Positions 1-12,500 of a stretch of DNA of 64,000 bases are shown piece after piece. Origin of the DNA: Haliotis cracherodii (taxonomy: Eukaryota); contig NW_027266275.1 in the NCBI RefSeq assembly GCF_022045235.1, positions 55,490,001-55,554,000 of the forward strand. Reading direction: 5' to 3'. A program made the position numbers and the translations under genes. The notes under the pieces are model-generated. The model saw only the letters and a program-made list of their open reading frames with translations, did not search any database and had not been told where the DNA came from. Each line of letters starts with the position of its first letter. Position 1 is the stretch's first letter.

Positions 1-149
1 AGTTATACCAAATATTTAATAGTCTCCAGTTTCACCGACAAATTTCTGGGCAGCTCCTCTTCATTTGCTGCTCAAAATAAATTTCTGGTTCACTCTTTAC
101 TGACCCTGCACTTGAGGCCAAATAGAAACTTTCCATTTGACAAAAACAA

Positions 150-845
150 GAGTGGTTAAAGCATTCGCTCATCACGCCGATGGCCCCGGTTCAATTCCAG
201 ACAAGGGTACAATGTGTGAAGCCCATTTCTATTGTCCCCTGCCATGATATTGCCATCTTCCCGAGGCAAGAGAGTTGACCGACTATAAAAGTCCAGTTTC
301 CACCCTTGCCGAACTAAGCTGGGATTATGGAGTTACATTTTGGCTGGACTAACGAGTCTATGCATAGTCCAATCAAAATCGCACCCAAATCGAAATCCGG
401 TTCGTAAACTGTCATGCAGAGTTCAGTCGATTGCAGGATTTGCAAAGCATGTGCATCACCAACTCGATATTTTCCAAATCTTTTCACGTTTTTAATCAAG
501 GTGCTCACATGATTTGATGTACTTCGCGAAATAAGAACTGCTTTATCACAAAATAGTTCTGGATGGTCGATTAGATCGTCTTGACTGGGCGCCACCATTT
601 TGTTTGAAGCAAAGGCATGTGATACGAGAGAGGAAATCTGATTGGTCCATATGGTAGAGGCATAGAATGGACATAACTTGTTATAGCCACTGGTGGCGTT
701 ACAATCGAGCCCAGGAATTCCAGCCTAGTTCAGCAAGGGTGGAAACTGGACTTGTAAAGTCAGTTAACACTCTCGCCTCGGGAAGATGTGATATTGCTGA
801 AATATTGCTAAAAGCGGCGTAAAACCATCTTTACTTACGAACAAA
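150..845 (+). mobile_element. Short tRNA-derived SINE (family A) split by the MITE
   Basis: gtggttaaagc (A box) and ggttcaattcc (B box), body ggtacaatgtgtgaagcccattt, tail aatattgctaaaagcggcgtaaaac after the insertion. Confidence 0.75.
254..788. mobile_element. Non-autonomous DNA transposon with about 70-bp TIRs and 9-bp TSD (Mutator/MULE-like MITE)
   Basis: Termini catcttcccgaggc...gcctcgggaagatg; TSD tgatattgc at 245-253 and 789-797; interrupts a SINE. Confidence 0.85.
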
Positions 846-1005
846 CAACAAGGTAGCAACAAGGTTAAGGGCAAGCTTATCTTCACAAGTGATGTCAAAT
901 GACTACCACTGTCAAGCCAGCATCTCAAATGAAGATTTTGTGTTCATTTCTGATGCTGCTCTTAAATTGACATAAGTTGACTCAGTTGTTGAAAGATAAT
1001 TGTTG

Positions 1006-1986
1006 GCACTGGGGTAGCGGAGTGACATAGGGGGCACTGGAGTAGCGGAGTGACATTGGGGGCACTGGGTTAGGGGAGTGACATAGGGGAGACTGGGGTA
1101 GCGGAGTGACATAGGGGGCACTGGGTTAGGGGAGTGACATAGGGGACACTGGGGTAGCGGAGTGACATAGGGGGCACTGGGGTAGCGGAGTGACATAGGG
1201 GGCACTGGGGTAGTGGAGTGACATAGGGGGCACTGGGGTAGCGGAGTGACATAGGGGACACTGGGGTAGCGGAGTGACATAGGGGGCACTGGGGTAGCAG
1301 AGTGACAGGGGGCACTGGGGTAGCAGAGTGACAGGGGGCACTGGGGTAGCAGAGTGACACACGGAGCACTGGGGTTGCGGAGTGACATAGGGGGCACTGG
1401 GGTAGCAGCGTGACACAGGGAGGACTGGGGTAGCGGAGTGACATAGGGGACACTGGAGTAGCGGAGTGACATAGGGGACACTGGGGTAGTGGAGTGACAT
1501 AGGGGACACTCGGGTAGCGGAGTGACATAGGGGACACTGGGGTGGCAGAGTGACATAGGGGACACTGGGGTAGTGGAGTGACATAGGGGACACTCGGGTA
1601 GCGGAGTGACATAGGGGACACTCGGGTAGCGGAGTGACATAGGGGGCACTGGGGTAGTGGAGTGACATAGGGGACACTGGGGTAGTGGAGTGACATAGGG
1701 GACACTGGAGTAGCGGAGTGACATAGGGGGCACTGGGGTAGCGGAGTGACATAGGGGACACTCGGGTAGTGGAGTGACATAGGGGACACTGGGGTAGTGA
1801 AGTGACATAGGGTACCACTGGGGTAGCGGAGTGACATAGTGGCACTGGGGTAGCGGAGTGACATAGGGGACACTCGGGTGGCGGAGTGACATAGGGGACA
1901 CAGGGGTGGCGGAGTGACATAGGGGACACTCGGGTAGCGGAGTGACATAGGGGACACTGGGGTAGTGGAGTGACATAGGGGACACT
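1006..1986. repeat. G-rich 28-bp minisatellite, about 35 copies (cactggggtagcggagtgacatagggg(g/a))
   Basis: Directly visible; explains the three overlapping minus-strand ORFs with a 28-aa period. Confidence 0.95.
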
Positions 1987-2129
1987 CTGTGAATGCTGTG
2001 TGAAAAAATAGTTTCACAAAACTACATGGGTAAGTTTGTTAAAACTGATACTTTAGGTCTGGATGCCTTTGATAATGATCAATGATGACCTTTAATAGTA
2101 CTCACTATCGGAGGAGCCCTCAAGGTCAA

Positions 2130-2745
2130 AAGTAGGTCTTCAGCAACCCATTCTTGCTGTAAAAGGCGACTATGCTTGCGGTAAGAGGCGACAGGATCGG
2201 GTGGTCAGGCTCGCTGACTTGGTTGAAGCATTTCATCGATCCCAGTTGCCTGGATCGATGCTCATGATATCAATCATGGATTGTCTGGTCCAGACTCGAT
2301 TATTTACAGACCGCTTTCACATAGCTGGAATATTGCGGAGTGTGGTGTTAAAAAACTAACAAAAGTAGGTCCAAAGAACCACAGCTTGTTGGGAGAGCCA
2401 ACTGGCAAGAGGATCACGTTGTTGCAGAGTACGCCCATGTTGATTGTATGGCATACTCAGGCAGTACTGATTGGTGCTCATGCTATTAGCCACTGGTGTG
2501 CCTTGATGTAGACCAGATAGCTTACAGGCTGGCATAATGTTGCTTGCTCACAATCCCCGTCAAGATCCGGGATAGAATAGGTCTTTATGAACCCATGCTT
2601 GTCGTAAAAGGTGTCTAAAGGATCGATGCTCATGATATCAATCAATGGATTGTCTGGTCCTGACTCGATTATAAACAGACCATATATATGATATAGCAGG
2701 AATATTGTTGAGTGCGGCGTTGAACAACCAGCAAACAAACACTCG
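2130..2745 (+). mobile_element. Two family-B SINE-like copies (about 2130-2362 and 2555-2745)
   Basis: taggtcttcagcaaccca...ggatcgatgctcatgatatcaatc...ggattgtctggtcc shared with the other copies. Confidence 0.75.
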
Positions 2746-2780
2746 CTCACAATCTATGATACGATTAACATCTCACAAAG

Positions 2781-2820
2781 AAAACTACAACAAATGACCG
2801 TGACAATCAGTGGGTTTATT
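2781..2820 (-). terminator. Candidate polyadenylation signal AATAAA with downstream GU-rich element
   Basis: tttatt at 2815-2820 on the plus strand; minus strand reads tttgttgtagtttt at 2794-2781. Confidence 0.45.
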
Positions 2821-5800
2821 GGCACTTGATTTATAGTGAGTCAAGGACACAGACTGTAAATAAATATAAATCAGTACTATCGACATCAGTGATTTATACA
2901 TAAATCAACATTTAAAATGATATGTATGAGGAAATCCAACTCTTAAATTTCATCCATTTCATAAAAGAAAGGGCACACAAATAATCACTGACAGCATTTT
3001 GATGTAAATAAAGTAAATGTAAATATTGTTATCCAATTAAATGATATTGTAAAATGAATATATGCAAATTGAAGAAAAAATAACATCCCGGGGAAGTATG
3101 GTATCACAAAATAAATGAAGTATTTTGGGTTTCTTTAAAAAAAGTAATTTAAGATGCTTCTTGACAAAACTTGATTACACAATACAGATTCCCTAAAACC
3201 TAATTAATATACAAATCTACATTTAGAAGTCGTAACTTGATAAGATGCAGTTTGAGCACTCTTTGTCACTGAACATCTACAGGGAGGTGGAACTAGCATA
3301 CAGGGGAGATGAACAGTCAACATTTAGTGTCCAGGTTCAAAGTTCACTTATATATACTACTCAAAAGAAGTTAGAACACCTGACTTTTTCATATTATGCC
3401 ATGAGTATAACGATAGTAATATGAAAGAATCTGGTGTTCTGTAACTTTTGAGTAGTATACTAGTATTTTATACACACTTTTTCCTTTAGGGATTTTTTCA
3501 TTTTGGATTTAACCTGGAATCAGATGGGCGACTAAGCTTGTAAAATTTACTCATTAAGTAATCACATACTATGGTTGGGCACATGAGCAAAGCATTTCCA
3601 CAACCCTGTAATAACAGTTGACCGGTATTTCACATTACACACACACTTGTTTTAAATACTAGCAGTCTCAATACAATCTCACAACCTACTTCAAAATAAT
3701 TCATAACTAATAATTGTTACACCACAATATTAGTCAAACTGAACAGTCCTTATACTGAAGTTATCATCTGTGAATGTGATGTGATATATACATCAAGGCA
3801 TAATGGGTACATTGTAGCAATACTGTATATACAGGACAAGGTGGAAGAGGATAATAGTTTATATTCAACACAGTAAATATAGACCCAAACACACCCAAGT
3901 TTATAGTTTTTAATTATTTGGTTTACGAATCCGCCTGCCCAAGTATTCACAAGTGTGAAAAAAAGAAATTAAACTGTAACAAGTTTTAATTGCTTCCCTG
4001 GATTATTTGTGGATCAATATAGGAAGAAGAGCAAACCTGACATTTTTATTCCTCCATAATACCTTCTTTTTGTCATTTCAATCAACTAACAATTTCTTTA
4101 GAAATCATGTAAAAAAAATGTTTTGGATATTTTATTTTATCTCAATCGCTGTCTTTAGTTTATGAAACACACTTGGTAAACCAAGTGAATAGAAAATACC
4201 ATGGCTACAAATTATACAGATTTAAACTTTGACAGTAAATACTTTGCAAAGTAGTCATCTAGGACATCTATATAATTTGACGATTAAGGTAACTAACTGA
4301 ATTTATTTAAATCTTATTTTTCTTGTAATTTATTAGAATATTTGAATTAATAATATATTATGATCGCTATGTAATTGTAATCTAATACCATAATTTCAGT
4401 TATTGTTCAACATAATACATAGTTTTGCTGTAAAGAATATCAATGCTACACCATCATAATACATTTAAAGACCTATATAAGACTATACATGAACTGATTA
4501 TTTAGCTTGTGTTCACACAGGTCTTTCCTGTGAAACTACTACATGAGAATATCCTGTGCTGCAAAAGGAAACTGAAGAGACAACACTGCCTTGCACTATT
4601 TGTTCTAAAACCAGTCCTGACATCCAATGAATAACATTTAAAACCTTAGCACCTCTTTCTACTTGACTAGAACAAGTGCCATTCAAGCAACACGGGCACT
4701 AAAAATAACCAATTAAGAATTCATCACTAAGATGAAAATGGTGGAGCTGTAATGAAACTTATTTTATTGAACTTTTACTTCAGTCATGTTTTATTTTATA
4801 TTCCAGGAAATTAAATCTGATGACAATGAACAAGTAAATCTTGTTTCCTTTTTTCAAACATACCATAAAACAAAATGGACAATGAGTGTTGTATGTTGGA
4901 ATATATTGCACATGCTTTGTGTAGACGAACCTATCAACAAGCGTCAAGCAAAATACATTATTAACACTGGTAAAGTAATAACATGGGAAGCTAATTAACA
5001 AACCCAATCAAAATCAGCACAACACCTTGTATATTATGCATTCATAATCAGTTAGTAATCATTTAATAAGCACAATCAATCATGGCACCCTTGGGACGAC
5101 TCAAGACCTGTTACTGAATATTAGTATACAGGGAAATAGTAGGTCAGCAAAAATAGTACAAGGACAACTAATATTAACTTAAAACACAACCGTAGAACAT
5201 GCATGAGCAATCACTAACATGGAGTCACAACTAATGTTCAAATGTACTGTGAGTTCGAAGTGACACGGTTAACGAAGTATCATGTCACAATTTAATGAAC
5301 TGTCTTATCAAAGTCTGCCATATGAAAGTATAACATACATAATAAATTTAACTTGAACTAACACAAACAACTTCATTTTGTCAGATACTCTCTGCTTTTG
5401 AGCACATCACATGACAGTATCTACCTGTGCAGTAGTCAAAGAAAAAACATGCAGATTACAAGATCTTAAAGGCTTCCAAGATTTGTTATGGGACAAAAGA
5501 TTTTCTTATGGATGATATTGTACCAGTTAATAAGAGTAACTTACCCCAAGTCCCCCCAAAACATACACAACTCAACATTTTCTAAGAACCAAAATAGTCA
5601 TCTTTAATCAAAGAAGGTGGTTCTAAGCAAATGATGTTTAGTACATCTTGGTCAATAAGGTTTTTCAGGTAGAGGAAGTAATATGTTCTTTGCGAGATAA
5701 TCTGAGGAAGCAGAGTTACCTACCCTTGGTCGTAGTCATAAAGAAACACATTTTTTTAAAAAGTTACAGTGAGTGAAAGAAATAATTTGATTAAGTATAT

Positions 5801-6511
5801 GAAAAGACTGACAATAGTATACCTATCTATCTATATCTCCATACTCCCATTTAACACTTGTTCTATTAACACATACCAAGTATCAAGAGGTGAATCAGGA
5901 CTAAAGATATGCCTTCATGTCAAACTGAACTATGTTTCAGACTTCCACCAGCTTAAACAATATGAGGAAATAGGAACAAAACAGATAGGATTTCGTAGCT
6001 ATACACCTTTGGTAAAACTGTGCTGTGCCTTATCACATAACAAGCATATCTATTTCAGATACAAGTTGTATATATTTTACTGCTTTGTATAGAAAACTTT
6101 GGGATAAAGGAAACAGATAACATCAACATGGTATTGTGTAGTGTTCTACAGAGGACAGTCTTCTGACCAGCCGCTTCCGTCTAACCAGTGGGAGCATCTC
6201 AAGCACCATCAGTTTTACAGTGACAACAGGAGGCAAGGTCAACAAAACCCAATTGTGAAAACAAAATTATACAAATATGGAACAGCTGCGAATATAAGCA
6301 GTTATTTTCAGTTTGGGTACTTTTTCTAATAAGGTGCCCAAGTTCTGCATCATGTACATATAATGTTATTCACAGTAATATTATTTTTTCAACAATTCCT
6401 CTTGTAAGGATGAATATGTTAAGTAAATTGCCATATTTGAAAATCAAAATGTCTCAAATGCATTTGTTAAGTCTCATGGACTGATTTCTACGTGTTTGAA
6501 CAAATGACATT
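2797..6511 (-). other. Probable 3.7-kb 3' UTR of the LMTK gene
   Basis: AT-rich, almost free of SINEs after the stop codon; ends at a minus-strand AATAAA (2820-2815) followed by a GU/U-rich tract; inference. Confidence 0.5.
3353..3459. mobile_element. About 107-bp TA-flanked inverted-repeat element (Tc1-like MITE remnant)
   Basis: tatactactcaaaag...agaacacc pairs with ggtgttct...cttttgagtagtata. Confidence 0.5.
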
Positions 6512-9500
6512 TCAAAAAAGATCAACAAGTGAAGAGGTGTCACTCTTTTGTGGCTCAACTTCTGTGGAAGGAGGTGGTTTTTCAAACATATCTAACAATG
6601 CTGATTGGTCAGATTCTTTGGTGTCAGCAGCTGATTGGCTCAAGTCTTGAGAAGATGAAAAATCTAGTGAAGATCCGAACATGTCAGCCGAGGTGCCACT
6701 GTTTGCCCGAGATGGTGCCTCAGAACCAGCCTGCACAAAGTCTAACAACATCCCAGAAACTGTCATGGGGCTTTGTTCGGCAGCGCCACTACCTAATTTA
6801 CTACCAGAGTTAAAATCAAACATGTCACCAGTCTCAAGTTGACTTGGATCAACCTGCAATGTCAGGCCAAAGGGATCACTGTCTGCTGTCTGACCGGTCT
6901 CTACTGAAGGGAACGTATTTGATGTGCTGAGATTTGGAACAGTATCATTCTGAGAAAGGGCTGTCATGCCAAATGGATCACTGTCTGCAATTTGACTGGC
7001 CTCTACTGAGGGGTTTGGTTCAACACTACAAGGAACAGTCTTGTCCTGGGAAGATGAAAGGCCAAATGGATTAATATTTACTTTGTTTCCTATTACTGAA
7101 GGGAATGAACGTGCTGCACCCAGATTTGGAACAGTGTTCTCACCAATAGCAGACTTCAGACCAAATGGATCACTGTCTTCTGTTTGTCCAGTCTCCACTG
7201 AGGGGAATGCATCTGATGCCTCTAGATTTGAAACAGTGTTCTCACCAGTGGCAGATGTCATGCCAAATGGATCACTGTCTCCTGTTTGTACAGTCTCCAC
7301 TGTTGGGAATGCATCTGATGCCTCTAGATTTGGAACAATGTTCTCACCAATGGCAGATGTCAGGCCAAATGGATCACTGTCTGCTGTTTGTTCAGTCTCC
7401 ACTGAGGGGAATGCATCTGATGCCTCTAGATTTGGAACAATGTTCTCACCAGTGCCAGGTGTCAGGCCAAACGGATCACTGTCTTCTGTTTGTACAGTCT
7501 CCACTGAGGGGAATGCATCTGGTGCCTCTAGATTTGGAGCAGTGTTCTCACCAGATGTCAGGCCAAATGGATCACTGTCTGCTGTTTGTACAGTCTCCAC
7601 TGAGGTGAATGCATCTGATGCTTCTAGATTTGGAACAGTGTTCTCACCAGTAGCAGATGTCAGGCCAAATGGATCACTGTCTGCTGTTTGTACAGTCTCC
7701 ACTGAGGGGAATGCATCTGGTGCCTCTAGATTTGGAGCAGTGTTCTCACCAGTAGCAGATGTCAGACCAAATGGATCACTGTCTTGTGTCTGTCCAGTCT
7801 CTACTGAGGGGAATGCATCTGGTGCCTCTAGATTTGGAGCAGTGTTCTCACCAGTAGCAGATGTCAGGCCAAATGGATCACTGTCTGCTGTTTGTACAGT
7901 CTCTACTGAGGGGAATGCATCTGGTGCCTCTAGATTTGGAGCAGTGTTCTCTCCAGATGTCAGGCCAAATGGATCACTGTCTGCTGTTTGTACAGTCTCC
8001 ACCGAGGTGAATGCATCTGATGCTTCAAGATTTGGAGCAGTTTTCTCACCAGTAGCAGGTGTCAGGCCAAATGGATCACTGTCTGCTGTTTTTCCAGTCT
8101 CCACCAAGGTGAATGCATCTGATGCTTCAAGATTTGGAACAGTGTCCTCACCAGTAGCAGATGACAGGCCAAATGGATCACTGTCTGCTGTTTGTACAGT
8201 CTCCGCCAAGGTGAATGCATCTGATGCTTCAAGATTTGGAGCAGTTTTCTCACCAGCATCAGATGTCAGGCCAAATGGATCACTGTCTGCTGTTTTTCCA
8301 GTCTCCACCAAGGTGAATGCATCTGATGCTTCAAGATTTGGAACAGTGTCCTCACCAGTAGCAGGTGTCAGGCCAAATGGATCACTGTCTGCTGTTTGTA
8401 CAGTCTCAGCCAAGGTGAATGCATCTGATGCTTCAAGATTTGGAGCAGTTTTCTCACCAGCATCAGATGTCAGGCCAAATGGATCACTGTCTTCTGTTTG
8501 TCCAGTCTCCACTGAGGGGAATACATCTGATGCCTCTAGATTTGGAACAGTGTTCTCACCAGTAGCAGATGACAGGCCAAATGGATCACTGTCTGCTGTT
8601 TGTACAGTCTCCACCAAGGTGAATGCATCTGATGCTTCAAGATTTTGAGCAGTGTTCTCACCAGTACCAGATGTCAGGCCAAATGGATCACTGTCTTCTG
8701 TTTGTTCAGTCTCCACTGAGGGGAATGCATCTGATGCCTCTAGATTTGGAGCAGTGTTCTCACCAGTAGCAGATGTCAGGCCAAATGGATCACTGTCTGC
8801 TGTTTGTACAGTCTCCACTGAGGGGAATGCATCTGGTGCCTCTAGATTTGGAGCAGTGTTCTCACCAGTAGCAGATGTCAGACCAAATGGATCACTGTCT
8901 TGTGTCTGTCCAGTCTCTACTGAGGGGAATGCATCTGGTGCCTCTAGATTTGGAGCAGTGTTCTCACCAGTAGCAGATGTCAGACCAAATGGATCACTGT
9001 CTGCTGTTTGTACAGTCTCTACTGAGGGGAATGCATCTGGTGCCTCTAGATTTGGAGCAGTGTTCTCACCAGATGTCAGGCCAAATGGATCACTGTCTGC
9101 TGTTTGTACAGTCTCCACCGAGGTGAATGCATCTGATGCTTCAAGATTTGGAGCAGTTTTCTCACCAGTAGCAGGTGTCAGGCCAAATGGATCACTGTCT
9201 GCTGTTTTTCCAGTCTCCACCAAGGTGAATGCATCTGATTCTTCAAGATTTGGAGCAGTTTTCTCACCAGCATCAGATGTCAGGCCAAATGGATCACTGT
9301 CTTCTGTTTGTCCAGTCTCCACTGAGGGGAAAGCATCTGATGCCTCTAGATTTGGAACAGTGTTCTCACCAGTAGCAGATGTCAGGCCAAATGGATCACT
9401 GTCTGCTGTTTGTACAGTCTCCACTGAGGGGAATGCATCTGGTGCCTCTAGATTTGGAGCAGTGTTCTCACCAGTAGCAGATGTCAGACCAAATGGATCA

Positions 9501-12500
9501 CTGTCTTGTGTCTGTCCAGTCTCTACTGAGGGGAATGCATCTGGTGCCTCTAGATTTGGAGCAGTGTTCTCACCAGTAGCAGATGTCAGGCCAAATGGAT
9601 CACTGTCTGCTGTTTGTACAGTCTCTACTGAGGGGAATGCATCTGGTGCCTCTAGATTTGGAGCAGTGTTCTCACCAGATGTCAGGCCAAATGGATCACT
9701 GTCTGCTGTTTGTACAGTCTCCACCGAGGTGAATGCATCTGATGCTTCAAGATTTGGAGCAGTTTTCTCACCAGTAGCAGGTGTCAGGCCAAATGGATCA
9801 CTGTCTGCTGTTTTTCCAGTCTCCACCAAGGTGAATGCATCTGATGCTTCAAGATTTGGAACAGTGTCCTCACCAGTAGCAGATGACAGGCCAAATGGAT
9901 CACTGTCTGCTGTTTGTACAGTCTCCGCCAAGGTGAATGCATCTGATGCTTCAAGATTTGGAGCAGTTTTCTCACCAGCATCAGATGTCAGGCCAAATGG
10001 ATCACTGTCTGCTGTTTTTCCAGTCTCCACCAAGGTGAATGCATCTGATGCTTCAAGATTTGGAACAGTGTCCTCACCAGTAGCAGGTGTCAGGCCAAAT
10101 GGATCACTGTCTGCTGTTTGTACAGTCTCCGCCAAGGTGAATGCATCTGATGCTTCAAGATTTGGAGCAGTTTTCTCACCAGCATCAGATGTCAGGCCAA
10201 ATGGATCACTGTCTGCTGTTTGTACAGTCTCCACTGAGGGGAAAGCATCTGATGCCTCTAGATTTGGAACAGTGTTCTCACCAGTAGCAGATGTCAGGCC
10301 AAATGGATCACTGTCTGCTGTTTGTACAGTCTCCACCAAGGTGAATGCATCTGATGCTTCAAGATTTTGAGCAGTGTTCTCACCAGTACCAGATGTCAGG
10401 CCAAATGGATCACTGTCTTCTGTTTGTTCAGTCTCCACTGAGGGGAATGCATCTGATGCCTCTAGATTTGGAGCAGTGTTCTCACCAGTAGCAGATGTCA
10501 GGCCAAATGGATCACTGTCTGCTGTTTGTACAGTCTCCACTGAGGGGAATGCATCTGGTGCCTCTAGATTTGGAGCAGTGTTCTCACCAGTAGCAGATGT
10601 CAGACCAAATGGATCACTGTCTTGTGTCTGTCCAGTCTCTACTGAGGGGAATGCATCTGGTGCCTCTAGATTTGGAGCAGTGTTCTCACCAGTAGCAGAT
10701 GTCAGGCCAAATGGATCACTGTCTGCTGTTTGTACAGTCTCTACTGAGGGGAATGCATCTGGTGCCTCTAGATTTGGAGCAGTGTTCTCACCAGATGTCA
10801 GGCCAAATGGATCACTGTCTGCTGTTTGTACAGTCTCCACCGAGGTGAATGCATCTGATGCTTCAAGATTTGGAGCAGTTTTCTCACCAGTAGCAGGTGT
10901 CAGGCCAAATGGATCACTGTCTGCTGTTTTTCCAGTCTCCACCAAGGTGAATGCATCTGATGCTTCAAGATTTGGAGCAGTTTTCTCACCAGCATCAGAT
11001 GTCAGGCCAAATGGATCACTGTCTTCTGTTTGTCCAGTCTCCACTGAGGGGAAAGCATCTGATGCCTCTAGATTTGGAACAGTGTTCTCACCAGTAGCAG
11101 ATGACAGGCCAAATGGATCACCGTCTGCTGTTTGTACAGTCTCCACCAAGGTGAATGCATCTGATGCTTCAAGATTTTGAGCAGTGTTCTCACAAGTACC
11201 AGATGTCAGGCCAAATGGATCACTGTCTTCTGTTTGTCCAGTCTCCACTGAGGGGAAAGCATCTGATGCCTCTAGATTTGGAACAATGTTCTCATCAGTA
11301 CCAGATGTCTGGCCAAATGGATCACTGTCTGCTGTTTGTTCAGTCTCCACTGAGGGGAAAGCATCTGATGCCTCTAGATTTGGAACAGTGTTCTCACCAG
11401 ATGTCAGGCCAAATGGATCACTATCTGCTGTTTGTACAGTCTCCACTGAGGGGAATGCATCTGATGCCTCTAGATTTGGAGCAGTGTTCTCACCAGTAGC
11501 AGATGTCAGACCAAATGGATCACTGTCTTGTGTCTGTCCAGTCTCCACTGAGGGGAATGCATCTGGTGCCTCTAGATTTGGAAAAGCGTTCACATTAGTG
11601 GCAGATGTCAGGCCAAATGGATCATTGTCTTCTGTCTGTCCAGTCTCCACTGAGGGGAATGCATCTGATGCCTCAAGATGTTGAGCAGTGTTCTCACCAG
11701 TAGCAGATGTCAAACCAAATGGATCACTGTCTGCTGTTTGTACAGTCTCCACTGAGGGGAATACATCTGATGCCTCTAGATTTGGAACAGTGTTCTCACC
11801 AGATGTCAGGCCAAATGGATCACTGTCTCCTGTTTGTTCAGTCTCCACCAAGGTGAATGCATCTGATGCTTCAAGATTTGGAACAGTGTTCTCACCAGTG
11901 GCAGATGTCAGGCTAAATGGATCACTGTCTTCTGTTTGTCCAGTCTCCACTGAGGGGAATGCATCTGATGCTTCTAGATTTGGAACAATGTTCTCACCAG
12001 TAGCAGACTTCAGACCAAATGGATCACTGTCTTCTGTTTGTACAGTCTCCACTGAAGGGAATGCATCCGATGCCTCTAGATTTGGAGCAGTGTTCTCTCC
12101 AGATGTCAGGCAAAATGGATCACTGTCTCCTGTTTGTTCAGTCTCCACTGAGGGGAATGCATCTGATGCCTCTACATTTGAAACAGTGTTCCCACCAGTG
12201 GCAGATGTCATGCCAAATGGATCACTGTCTGCTGTTTGTACAGTTTCCACTGAGGGGAATGCATCTGATGCCTCTAGATTTGGAACAGTGTTCTCACCAG
12301 ATGTCAAGCCAAATGGATCACTGTCTGCTGTTTGTACAGTCGCCACTGAGGGGAATGTATCTGATGCCTCTAGATTTGGAGCAGTGTTCTCACCAGTAGC
12401 AGATGTCAGACCAAATGGATCACTGTCTTGTGTCTGTCCAGTCTCCACTGAGGGGAATGCATCTGGTGCCTCTAGATTTGGAACAGCGTTCACATTAGTG

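Noticed and set aside
912-2017. Three overlapping Pro/Cys/His-rich ORFs (CPLCH, zinc-finger-like)
   Set aside because: Product of a 28-bp minisatellite open in all three minus frames; no gene context
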